DNA from: Bugula neritina
Lineage: Eukaryota > Animalia > Bryozoa
NCBI GenBank assembly: GCA_964035545.1
Contig: OZ037765.1
Coordinates: 5,156,698 to 5,220,697, forward strand
Length of the DNA stretch: 64,000 nucleotides
Direction of reading: 5' to 3'
The position numbers and the translations under genes were made by a program. Below, in pieces: positions 28,118 through 39,400 of the stretch (the first letter of the stretch is position 1; the number at the start of each line of letters is the position of its first letter). The notes beneath the pieces are model-generated. The model made no database searches and was not told the origin of the DNA. It saw nothing but the letters and a program-made list of their open reading frames with translations.

Positions 28118-30290
28118 TGGTGACTATAAATGTACATGAGTTTATGTGTGCATGTGTTACTTCATTAACTTAAAACAGAGGGCCACGGCTTATACCTCAT
28201 CAATACAAGAAACTAACGTTTTCTGTCAACATACACATTGAAATAGTGTGTAAAATCAATAAAGAGATCAAGTAGCTCCAAGCCTTCCAAGCAATGCTGG
28301 TATGGGTGGGCCCATAGCTTTCTAAAAATAATTGCAAATTATACCTCTTATTATTCTGTAGTGTCTTTGTGCCAAGTACTTACAGTATTTAATTGTGATA
28401 TAATCGTCTTTTCTTCTTCATATGAACAGTTCTATACCAGTAGAGTCAGCTAACACAGCAACAATATGCAGATATGAAAAAGCTAATAGTTTAAAATATT
28501 TATAAAATTTGTTTCAATTGTCAAATTTTACAAGACTTAATTCTAGCAAAGTGGAATGGGTTTAAGTTCAAATCACCAAGTGGTATTACATATAAATAAC
28601 AAATTTCAAGGCTACTTTAAACTTGTAAGCCAAAGTTAGGCAAATGTACAGAGCACTTTCCATAAACAAGTGATGAAATATTTCTATTTTGACAACAATA
28701 TTGAAAATATTTTCCCATGCACCTGGAGTAAACAGAAAATATAAAGCTCATTTTAAATTCGCAAATACAAGTTATTATATACTTTATAATACTTTCATTA
28801 CATAAGATTGTCAACATATGTGACCAACAGACTTCCTATAGCACTGCTTTTAATAGAATGGTAAATATTACTTATCCACTAATAATATATTATAAAAATA
28901 GAGATCAGAATAGCAAACAGAAGGAAACATAAACTGAAACTAGAAACATTCAATTTAATTACAAATTGCAGTAAATTGCTAAAAATTAAAAATGAACAGG
29001 AAAGCCCTTGACAAATTCCAGCAGTAAAACAAAGTTCTAACTTATTGTGGTGAAAATCAACCGTGTTGTAGTTATGTCAAGATGTGAAGCCTTTGATTTT
29101 AATAATTTGTTTAATCAACATAATTATGTAATAAAGGTGGGGTTTAAACTGGAAAATAGTAAAGCTTAGTTAACACTATCAAACATTTTTTTGCATTCAA
29201 TCACTTTGTTGTGCAGTTCTTTATAACACACTTAATAGCTTAGATGGTAGAAATTGTATGTTTTATAACGAAGAAAAATCAAATTCAGTATAAACTTAGA
29301 CATAGAGTATAAAATACAAGCTATTATTTGAAAAAAAACAGAGGTACTTGTTTTGATCTGAACTCAAAACATTAAATACTGAGAAATTTACATTTATTGC
29401 GATACATTATTTGTGATACACAAATTTGTTTTCTTGTCGGCATTACTACAAATGGTATCATTCCAAATAGACAACTTCCAATTAGACGAACATCAATATA
29501 TTTCACTTAGATGATCCCCACCCCAAACTGGGCAACTTTGATTTATAGACCATGCACTTTACTTAAAAAACATTAGTGATTAAAAAATGAATATCAATGA
29601 CATTTGATAAGAAGTTGCATTAATTTTGGTTTCATGTATGTAGATCTACGCCTGTGCACATGTGTCTGTTGTCTAACTAAAGCCATGTATAGGCAGGGAT
29701 GTAGTGGAAAAAATATTCTAGGCCATACTCTCAGGCCGGGGGTCCAGGGGGCCGCCCCCGGGGCAGCGCCCCGGCCGCCGAAGCCCTCAGAGCTTTCTGA
29801 TGCAAATTTATGCAATTTAAAGCCATTGTGAATTCTAATTCTTCTGAAGAAATTTGTGTTGAAATGTGCACCTCACTATTATTTTCATACCATACCAGCT
29901 ACATGACGACTGGGCATTGCTGCAAACTATATAAATATTCAGTATTGTCCCATACTTGTTGACTGTAATTTCAGATGTAGTCTTACTCAACTGCAGTTAG
30001 GTTTGTTCTGACATGCACCAAGCCCAAACTGTACAGAAAAATTGCTGAAGGTCTCAAAAAGTTAGAAGGATAGAGGCAGGTAACAAGTGCTCTCCAAATG
30101 CAACCTGACTATTTTATTAATAACTAATAGACCGACGTGCCCAGAAAAAGAATAATAGATCAGAAGAGAGGCAGATTGCAAATCATAAAATGTGTGTTTG
30201 TTATTTCTAAAGAGCAATTTGGCAAGCAAAAATTGGTTAAAAACCTAAATGGAGTTTATTAGAGTATTAGTCTAAACAATAAGGAGATAC

Positions 30291-30561
30291 TGTAGTAATT
30301 TATGTAACTACTATGCGTGGGTTCCTAGCTTGTAATTATGTCTATTTATCTACACCAATAAAGTATTTAGGTAAAAGTTTCCAAGTTTATTTACTACTAA
30401 TTATATAAAAGATACCGCACGTACACCGATTAGAGATTACATCTTCGCTTAGTTAGCACGCTCTCTCTACTGCAAAACTACTACTAACTAAGGCCTATCA
30501 CGTGACGCATTTTGATAGGCTGAAGGAATGTGGGGGACGCGCGTATTACGTCCTCACTACA
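30291..30561 (-). repeat. 3' LTR of outer gypsy
   Basis: tgtagt...actaca, matches 41996-42266. Confidence 0.95.
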
Positions 30562-31047
30562 CCGCCCCCCCCAGCAGAAAGCCCTACTTTCTGATAACAC
30601 AGACACAATAATTCGAACATAAAATGTTATAAAACTATATATATATAAAAACTGAGAGAGCGTGTGGCACATACAGAAAAACATGGCTATGTACAGTAGT
30701 AAGAAACATATACATATATAAAAAAAATATAACAGTAAATATACAATGGCACCGGCGGGAGGCACTATAAGGGAATAGTTTGTAGAGGTAGAGCTGTATA
30801 CTGGTAGGTTACTATATTGTTACACTGAGTAATTGTTTGTGAGCACTGGCGTGAGAAGGGTCTGTAATGGGGCACCACCTGCGGTACCATCACGGATAGG
30901 GAGAGGAGGGACATCATCTTCAAGCACTTCCTTTCATTCGGGCTACAGAGGCAGAGAGGGCCCGGAGTTCTGATGCGGCGGCGGAGATTCTCGGTGCCAG
31001 TCTTTGCACCTCTTTCTCTAATTCTCGTATCCGCTCTTCTGCCTCGC

Positions 31048-34000
31048 CTAGATTCCTGGCGGGGGCAGAGTGTCGATTGGGGGATGAAGATGGCCAACGC
31101 CGTTTACGAGACGGCCTTGGGGAGACAGGGGGGAGGGACGCCATCGCTGTGGTATATCGATGCGTCGTAACACGACTCTTGGTATGGAGTCGGGGCGGGG
31201 CACTGTGCGTGCGGGGGGTGAGGAATGGGATATGCGTGGTTTCCTATATCCGGGTGGTTTAGGGCAGGGTCCCTGTGTGATGGTCCTGGGTGCGGGGAAC
31301 TCCTGGCGCAGCCGTTCATATCGAACTGGGTCTGATATGAACGGTCGGATGAGATTGAGGAATTGTGGGAAGGAGGGTTCGTCGACTTCGAACAGGTGTC
31401 CAACATGGCATCCCATGGTTCGTTGGTGACGGAGGATGTAGTCCCTGTGGTAACTATATTCACCACAGGGACAAAAGGTGGTGAAATAATGTTGGGGAAT
31501 ATGAACTCGAAGTCTTCGTGGGGTAGTGAAGTGAAGCTGGCATAAACGGCAGGTGGTGCATTGGTCGTCTCCTTTGTGCTCTCGTATCAGTGTTTCCGTA
31601 TCTGTTGTAAGCCAGCATGATTGTTGTAGGAGTGCCTCCGGAAGAGTAGTGGGAACGGGTTCCTCGTTCCAAGCCATTTCTAGTGACGGCATGTCACCAG
31701 ATAGAGGAGAGAGAGCGGTATCTAAAAGAGCAGAATTACTGTTAGATCGGATATGATCTTTACACCATAATTCTGATGACAACCGACTGTTACTAGTCTG
31801 GGAGTCATACATCTTTTCAGATAGCACTCGAGGGACTGAGTCGTGTCGTGTAGACTGACAGAGAGACATAGTGTCAAGCTCCAGATCTAGTAGATCGTCG
31901 GCCATCTTTATGTTCTCGTCGCCTGTCACAAAACTGTAGGTAGCAGTGTGACGAGTTCGAAAAGTCTGGTAGTCAGAAGTGTATAGACAAGTAGCATACA
32001 GCTTGATAATCCAGTTGTGAGTAAATAGAGTTGTGGATATAAGTAGACTTTATTCCTTTAGTAAGATATGCACAGATGAATTAATAAAAATGAACTCTGA
32101 GAATGAACTTATAAAAAGGAACTGATTCGTAAACACAACTGCCTCAGTATTTATAGTAAACAAAACACTCTAGAACATTCTCAAGCATTCCAGTATAGAA
32201 GATTCTAGTACAAAACATTCCCCACATACCAATACTATTTATAGAAAATCAAAACAAAACATTGGAATTTCCATGGTTATTTCGCAATTATTGCGCAATA
32301 CCTTGTTTACATTGCTGGACAGTAGTTAACATGACTAATGAAAATAACAATGAACAATGACCCATCTCTTTGATCAATCTAGAATAGTTATGAACATTCG
32401 TGTATAATCATTAGGAAAAACCCGGTAAGTCTATAGGTATATGTATACTCAGAATTTGTGACAACCCCCCATTCTAAGAGAAATTATCTTGATCATTTCT
32501 CCTAACTACTTAAAATTCTGAGTCAATTCGGCTTAGATAATCTGCTCCAACATTGTCCTTTCCTTTGATTGACTCCACCTTGATTCTGAAGTTCTGTAAA
32601 TACATAGCCCATCTCATCACTCTGCTGTTTCTTACTGTACAGGTCCAACAAATCATCTCGGCATTCTTCTCTTTCCTTATTGTGATCAATAATTCCAGCA
32701 CCAGCAGCATCTAAAGTCATCACAGCTCCAACAGTCATAGGGTCGGTGGATGTCTCCCGCTCAAAATATTTCTTCAGCATGTTGGCATGGTATGTTCTCC
32801 TCTTCCCTCTAATGTTGATAATGTAGTCATTCAGTCTGACTTTCTCCTCAATATTGAATGGTTCTTGCCAATGCATCAGCAATTTATTTCCATCCGTAGG
32901 TAGAAGAATGAGCACTTTGTCACCAGGTCTGAAGTCTCTCTGCTTAGCTTTCTTGTCAAAATAGTGTTTGTATCTTTTTTGACTGTCTTTTAGCGAAGCT
33001 AGCGCCATTTCCATCATGTCATCTAAACGCTCTCTCAATTCAAAAACATGTTGATAGCAGGTCTTGACTTCATCGGCAGTGTCTTCTTTTGTCCAAAGTT
33101 GTCGCAGGATGTACATTGGTCCACGTACAGTCCTTCCATAGAGTAACTCGAATGGGGCAAAGCCTGTTGATTCCTGTGGGACTTCTCTATATGCAAATAG
33201 AGCTGCATTGATGAACCGATGCCACTGTCTTGGTTCTTTAGCACACAACTTTTTTAACATACTCTTGAGGGTTCCGTTGAACTTTTCCACAAGTCCATTG
33301 GCCATTGCATGGTATGGTGAAGTAGGAAGTTGTCGCATGTCAAGTAATCTGGTAAACTCTTTCATGTAGTCCGAGATGAATTGAGTTCCTTGATCGCTTA
33401 TCACCTCCTCTGGTATCCCAACACGACTGTATATGTCAAGCAGCGCTTCAGCTACAGTAGCTGAGTCAATGTTCTTCAATGGTGTAGCTTCAGGATATCT
33501 TGTAGCATAGTCAACTAAAGTTAGGATGTAGCGGTGTCCTTTCTCACTTGGAGGGTTAATTGGTCCGACTAGGTCTATTGCACATCTCTTGAATGGGGTG
33601 TCAATTAGTGGAGTTTCCTGTACTGGAACTTTCATGACTGAGCCTTTTTTCACCGTCTTCTGGCAAATGTCACATGATTGACAGAAACGTACGACATCTC
33701 CGTTTAGTCCTGGCCAGAAGAAGTTGGAAAGCACTCTATCAGTGGTTTTCTTTACTCCTAGGTGTCCGCTCATTATGCAGTCATGAGCTTTCTGTAGAAC
33801 TTCCTTCCTCAGAGAACTGGGTACCATGAGTTGTTTAACAGGTTTTACACTGACAGACTTCGAGTCGGTGTACTCACGGTACAGAATCTTATTCCTCACC
33901 ACAAACCTGGTGGTGCATCCCTTTTTCTCCTTCACTTCTTTTGCATCGAAGAAACGCTCCAATGTGGGGTCATCTCTCTGCAGTCTGGCTATTTCATCTT

Positions 34001-36409
34001 TCCCTATACTTAATGGGTTAGCATTTGAATCAATCATCAGGGGTTTGTCTCCTGACTTCTCCTTGACAGCTTGAGCTCTTGTGGTTACGGCGCAGTCCTT
34101 CCAGTTTTCCAGCGGTTGGTCAGCTGATCTCGCTCCATCCACATTCCCAATAAGCAGGTCACAAATCGTCTTGTCCATTACTGCAGCTTTGACGACACCA
34201 TTGTAAAATGGTGAGCGTACTGAGATAAGTGCCCACTGAGCCTCCCTAACACTTGCATCAGCCATATTCAGATAAACTGATTCTCCAGTTAACTGTTGAG
34301 GTTGCACATACTTTGCATTGACTACAATGCAACCACAGCCGGTGTCGCGCATTACAGTAGCTCGTTGGCCATTAACTTCCGCATCAAATATCGCTGTGCC
34401 CCCATCTTTGAATTTAGGTCCATTCTTGCAGACAGCAGTGTTGACAAACTTTTTACCATTAACTGTGATTTCCGTAGGTTCTTCCACTTTAGATGAAATT
34501 CCTGGATCTGTGACCATAGTCTTATTCTGAGTAGTTGCTATTGCAGCAGCAGCATGCACTGATCTCCCACCATACTTTCTGCAGTCTGAAGTATTGTGGT
34601 TGTTCATCTTGCAATGTGAACAGTACTTCTTCGCTCGCCGTGGGCAGTTACGAGCAATGTGTGACTTATCTCTGCAGATGAAGCATGCACCATCGCTTTT
34701 ACTTCCTTGTTCAGCACTCATGCTACCGGCAGGTGTGTTTTCCATCCTTTTTGTATTAGTTTTCTTTGTCTTTGCTAGTTTCCTTCCACGGGCGTACAAG
34801 AACAGTGACGCTGCATCACACATATCCTCACTGCTGTTGTAGGAACTTTGCTTTAAATGCACAGCTAGGTCGTCTGGGCATGACAATATAAATTGTTCAG
34901 TCGCCACTAGTTTGGCTATGTCCATGCCCCCTGAAAGCTCCACCCACTTGTGCACATAACTTTCTATCCTAGTGAACAGTTGGGCAGGAGTTTCATCCTC
35001 GTAAGCTTCTGCCTCTCTGAGCTTTTTTCTGTAGCCCTCTTGAGTCAAGTTAAAGCGCTCCAACAAGGCTTCTTTGACTTTTTTATAATCTCTACGATCG
35101 GTAGGTGACAACCGGATGTAAGCTTCTGTTGCTGTACCCCTTAGGTACTGACTGAGATGGTAGGGCCAATCTCCCTTGTCCCAGTTACATCCTTCGGCAA
35201 CCCACTCGAACCGCTCTAAATAGCTATCCATTTTGTCCACCTTCTCATCAAAGAATGGTATTTTTGGTTTTGGTTTGTTAGCTATTTCTAACATGGTGCT
35301 CTCATGTCTTGAGTGCTCCAAACTTGTGTTTGCTTTCAGCTTTTCCATATCTAATTCATGTTGTTGTCTTCTCTCTTCTGCCTCCTGGTCAGCTTTAACC
35401 TTGAGTGCCATTGCCTCCTGATCAGCTTTAACCTTGAATGCCGTTGCCTCCTGATCAGCTTTTATCTTCATCTCCATTAAGGCTTTCTCATTCTCTTGCC
35501 TGATCTTTTTTGCCTCACGCTCTAATCTACGTTCCTCTCGGTCCTTTTCTTTTTCCTCTCGGTCCTTTTCTTTTTCTTCTTGTGCAGCAACAATGGGTAG
35601 GTTCTTTTCAACAAAAGCTATGAGCTTGTCCTCCACCAACCCAAGGTCTTTACCCATCTGTGTCACTCTCTCCAACAATGCCATAATGTCTCAACAACTG
35701 TTAATTAATCCTGTGTATACTCACGTTGTAACTAATAACTTCCCTGTGTGCGACTGAGACTTCCCGGAGCAGCCCCCAATTGTCACAAAACTGTAGGTAG
35801 CAGTGTGACGAGTTCGAAAAGTCTGGTAGTCAGAAGTGTATAGACAAGTAGCATACAGCTTGATAATCCAGTTGTGAGTAAATAGAGTTGTGGATATAAG
35901 TAGACTTTATTCCTTTAGTAAGATATGCACAGATGAATTAATAAAAATGAACTCTGAGAATGAACTTATAAAAAGGAACTGATTCGTAAACACAACTGCC
36001 TCAGTATTTATAGTAAACAAAACACTCTAGAACATTCTCAAGCATTCCAGTATAGAAGATTCTAGTACAAAACATTCCCCACATACCAATACTATTTATA
36101 GAAAATCAAAACAAAACATTGGAATTTCCATGGTTATTTCGCAATTATTGCGCAATACCTTGTTTACATTGCTGGACAGTAGTTAACATGACTAATGAAA
36201 ATAACAATGAACAATGACCCATCTCTTTGATCAATCTAGAATAGTTATGAACATTCGTGTATAATCATTAGGAAAAACCCGGTAAGTCTATAGGTATATG
36301 TATACTCAGAATTTGTGACATCGCCTTTCACGTAAGACTCAGTCCCCAGTAGTTGTGATTCAATCAAGGCGATTAAATCAGAACTGACTGATGGTAGACT
36401 GGTTTCCAT
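31048..36409 (-). CDS. Accessory ORF2 of outer gypsy: tandem zinc-finger protein (~319 aa reconstituted), split by the nested element
   Basis: ATG at 36409 gives METSLPSVSSDLIALIESQLLGTESYVKG+GA (36409-36321), which continues in frame at 31918 (DENIKMADD...) once the insert and one TSD are removed. Contains CRLCQLHFTTPRRLRVHIPQH and CPCGEYSYHRDYILRHQRTMGC. Confidence 0.75.
32510..32640 (-). pseudogene. RNase H C-terminal remnant, out of frame after the internal deletion
   Basis: NSRVMRWAMYLQNFRIKVESIKGKDNVGADYLSR is the typical gypsy RNase H C-terminus; it lies 3' of the integrase. Confidence 0.85.
32523..35684 (-). CDS. Gag-protease-integrase ORF (1053 aa) of the nested Gmr1-like element
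   Basis: Capsid-like (SCAN-related) DSYLERFE...ALLERFNLT; two CCHC knuckles; protease RDTGC; integrase HHCC plus DLVG/SDQG/VEKFN; no RT motifs. Confidence 0.92.
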   Translation of the reverse strand: MALLERVTQMGKDLGLVEDKLIAFVEKNLPIVAAQEEKEKDREEKEKDREERRLEREAKKIRQENEKALMEMKIKADQEATAFKVKADQEAMALKVKADQEAEERRQQHELDMEKLKANTSLEHSRHESTMLEIANKPKPKIPFFDEKVDKMDSYLERFEWVAEGCNWDKGDWPYHLSQYLRGTATEAYIRLSPTDRRDYKKVKEALLERFNLTQEGYRKKLREAEAYEDETPAQLFTRIESYVHKWVELSGGMDIAKLVATEQFILSCPDDLAVHLKQSSYNSSEDMCDAASLFLYARGRKLAKTKKTNTKRMENTPAGSMSAEQGSKSDGACFICRDKSHIARNCPRRAKKYCSHCKMNNHNTSDCRKYGGRSVHAAAAIATTQNKTMVTDPGISSKVEEPTEITVNGKKFVNTAVCKNGPKFKDGGTAIFDAEVNGQRATVMRDTGCGCIVVNAKYVQPQQLTGESVYLNMADASVREAQWALISVRSPFYNGVVKAAVMDKTICDLLIGNVDGARSADQPLENWKDCAVTTRAQAVKEKSGDKPLMIDSNANPLSIGKDEIARLQRDDPTLERFFDAKEVKEKKGCTTRFVVRNKILYREYTDSKSVSVKPVKQLMVPSSLRKEVLQKAHDCIMSGHLGVKKTTDRVLSNFFWPGLNGDVVRFCQSCDICQKTVKKGSVMKVPVQETPLIDTPFKRCAIDLVGPINPPSEKGHRYILTLVDYATRYPEATPLKNIDSATVAEALLDIYSRVGIPEEVISDQGTQFISDYMKEFTRLLDMRQLPTSPYHAMANGLVEKFNGTLKSMLKKLCAKEPRQWHRFINAALFAYREVPQESTGFAPFELLYGRTVRGPMYILRQLWTKEDTADEVKTCYQHVFELRERLDDMMEMALASLKDSQKRYKHYFDKKAKQRDFRPGDKVLILLPTDGNKLLMHWQEPFNIEEKVRLNDYIINIRGKRRTYHANMLKKYFERETSTDPMTVGAVMTLDAAGAGIIDHNKEREECRDDLLDLYSKKQQSDEMGYVFTELQNQGGVNQRKGQCWSRLSKPN

Positions 36410-36474
36410 GAGTGGAAATGTTAGCTCAGAGCAAGCTTACCTGAGAACCCGGTATTTGTAATCATACTCAGCGT

Positions 36475-39400
36475 TCAAGCTTGGATGTCCGTGGATTGAG
36501 TTTGAATGCGTCTTCCCTTGACAACGTCAGCGTACGAAAAGACTGGGCAGCGTGGTTGTTGCGCACGGCTGGAACTATTTGCCCCGGGCGTAGTAGTTTT
36601 GTTTACTACTCCGCCTTCGCAAAAGTTGAGATTTCCGTGGTGTTCACAACTCCCACGCTTTGTTGCCAGTCCTTCCGTACGGCGCCCAGCTAGACTTTCA
36701 TAACTGCCGTTTGTAACACGGTCACATATGAAATCTTTAAGGTATGCTGGGGGTTGTCTAGTACGCTGTCCCCGTTCCAGGGGAGGTGACGCATCAGCTG
36801 GAGAGGGAGTCGTAGCAGTTGGTTGGGGCGGCGTACTCACTGGTGGGCTATTTTGCTCCACCTGTGGTGTTTCTGGCCCGCCATTGGTGATGGTGTTCCC
36901 CTCTCCGCTGTTGTCTCCAGATGGAGCCCCTCCCACGGGGGGGTTTTGCACTTCCGGACGCGGATGCGGAACCGGAAGTGGTGGGGGTAGACTTGGTACT
37001 GGGGGCGGTGGGCGCACTTCCGTTGGTGGGAGTGGCGTCTCCTGCCTCACCAAGTCCTCTCCCCGCGGCACAACCACTTCGTATTCTGGTCCATGCCGTT
37101 GCCGCCCACGCGTTACTGTCTGCCTCCTGGGCTCCAACAACGGGGGGGCTGCTCCTGCTGCTCCTGGGCTAGCCCAATACGGTTTCAAGCGGGTTTCGTT
37201 CTGGACAGAGACCTGTCCAGATCGCTCCAACTTGTACGTATGATTGGGCATAGCCTCAACTACTACGTAGGGTCCCACAAACTTAGGCTGGAGCTTAGCC
37301 GCTTGTCCTCGACGCCTACGGTAGTTGATCATCCACACCCAGTCCCCAGTTCGATAGAGGGGTGGTTCCTGAGAGTCCTCTCGCCGTACCTGCCACTGCT
37401 TCGCCCGCAGTATTTCGTGTGCGGCCCTCAGGTCCTCTATCAATTTACTGGCATACTCGTGGATGGTATAGTCCTGCTCTGGGATGTGGTATGTGAGGTG
37501 GTCAGGCACTCGCGTCTCTCGACCGAGCATCAGGAGGTTAGGGGTTTCCCCCGTACTGGTGTGTGGTGTACTACGGTAGGCCCGCATGACTTGCGGTAGT
37601 ACCGTATCCCACTCCTCCTGACCCCGGCCGAGGAGCAGACTGCGCAGTGCATCGCCCAACATGCGATTGTTGCGTTCCACCACCCCGTTGCCCTGAGGAT
37701 GGTATGGGGTGGTCCTGCTTTGGTTTACTCCCCAGAGGCGGCAGAGGTCGCTCAACAGTTGGGACTGGAATTGAGCTCCCTGGTCCGAATGTATTTGCTC
37801 AGGTAGTCCAAGATAGCAGAATACATTTTGGTCCAGCACCCTGGCCACCGTGGGGGCGGACGCATCTGGAATAGCCAGGGCATCCGCCCACCGTGTAAAG
37901 TGGTCGGTTAATACTAGGATCCAGCTGTTTCCTCTGGGGGTGACGGGCATGGGTCCGACTAGGTCGATAGCTACTACCTGCCATGGCCTTCCAGCATATA
38001 GCCGACGCCGTCCCGCTTCACCAGGGAGACGGCCATGCTTGCTGGCCTGGCAGATTTCGCATTGTTTGACTCTACGCCGCACCTCACGCTCCATGCCGGG
38101 CCAGTACCACCGGAGTTGTAACTTGGAGAGCACCCTGCTCACTCCGGCGTGGGCTTGCTTGTGGGTGTCCCATACTAACTCCCGGCGTATGGCGGCTGGG
38201 CAGATCACCCTTTGTCTGCCGTATTGGTTGTTGTGAGCAGCCACTGTGATGGTCAGCAGACCATCTGGCCCGATCCGCAGGGAATCCCAACGTTGGCAGT
38301 ACAACCGTAGCTCGGTGCATCCGTGCCGCAGTTGTTCTTCACTGGGTCGTCGCCCCTCCTTTTTGGCACGATATACGTCGGCTACCACTCCAGGGAGGTC
38401 CTCCTGGAGTCTTCGTAGCTCTCTAACGTTATCAGCCAAGACAGGATTGGCACGGAGGCGTTGGATAGCCTCCGGGGGCGTAGAGGCCTTCTGTAGGAGT
38501 TGACTCTGGTCCCAGTCATACTCCGTTTCAGAGTGGTTCAGTGCTCTCAACTCGGATTTTGGAGGACCTCCGTCCCTCTTCTCGATGTTGAGGCACTGTT
38601 TACACCCCTCGTCCGGTCGCCGGCTCAGTCCATCAGCATTGCCGTGTTTCTTACCGGGTCGGTGCTCGATCCGGTAAGAGAACTCGGCCAGGACCTCGAG
38701 CCATCGAGCGACTTGGCTGGACGGTTCTGCTCTCTTACATAACCAAATCAAGGAGGCGTGGTCGGTCCGCAAGCGGAACTTCCTGCCGTATAGATAAGGT
38801 CTGAAATGCTTCACCGACTTGATTACTGCCAGCAATTCCTTTCGGGTAGTGCAGTAATTTCGTTCAGTGGGCGAGAGAGACTTACTGTAGTAGGCCACGA
38901 CTACTTCGCGGCCCTCCTGCACCTGGGACAGCACAGCGCCGACATTTTGGTCACTGGCGTCAGTATCGAGGATGTACTCCAGGGCAGGGTCTGGATAGGC
39001 CAGGATAGGGGCCTCCAGCAGGCGGCCTTTGAGGCAGTCGAACGCTCTCTGTTCGACGGGAGTCCACTGCCAGGTCACCCCCTTTGCGGTGAGCCGGTTT
39101 AACGGCTGCGCTACCCCCGCAAAGTCTGGTATGTATTGCCTGTAATACCCTACCAGCCCCAGGAAAGCCCGTAGCCCGGTCAAATCCTGGGGGGTTACCC
39201 AATCTTCTATAGCTCGTACCTTTTCAGGATCCGTCGCCACGCCGTGGCGGCCGACGATGTGCCCCAGGTACTTCACCTCTGGCTGCAAGAGAGCGCACTT
39301 GGAGGGTTTGAGCTTCAGATTGGCGCCTCGGAGTCGATCGAAGACCTCCCGCAGACGGCTGACGTGCGTCTGAAAGTCTGGGGAGATCACGATGACGTCG

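Larger units (their letters stand above)
31924..36320 (-). mobile_element. Gmr1-like LTR retrotransposon, non-autonomous (RT deleted), nested in the outer gypsy
   Basis: 540-bp LTRs at 31924-32463 and 35781-36320, identical by eye; 5-bp TSD TCGCC; PBS TGGGGGCTGCTCCGGGA (tRNA-Pro-like); PPT at ~32464-32480; PR-IN-(RH remnant) domain order. Confidence 0.93.

Noticed and set aside
31048-31929. env gene, or an ORF starting at the annotated GTG (31929)
   Set aside because: No signal peptide, furin site or TM segment; the GTG start lies within the inserted LTR and the native start is 36409.
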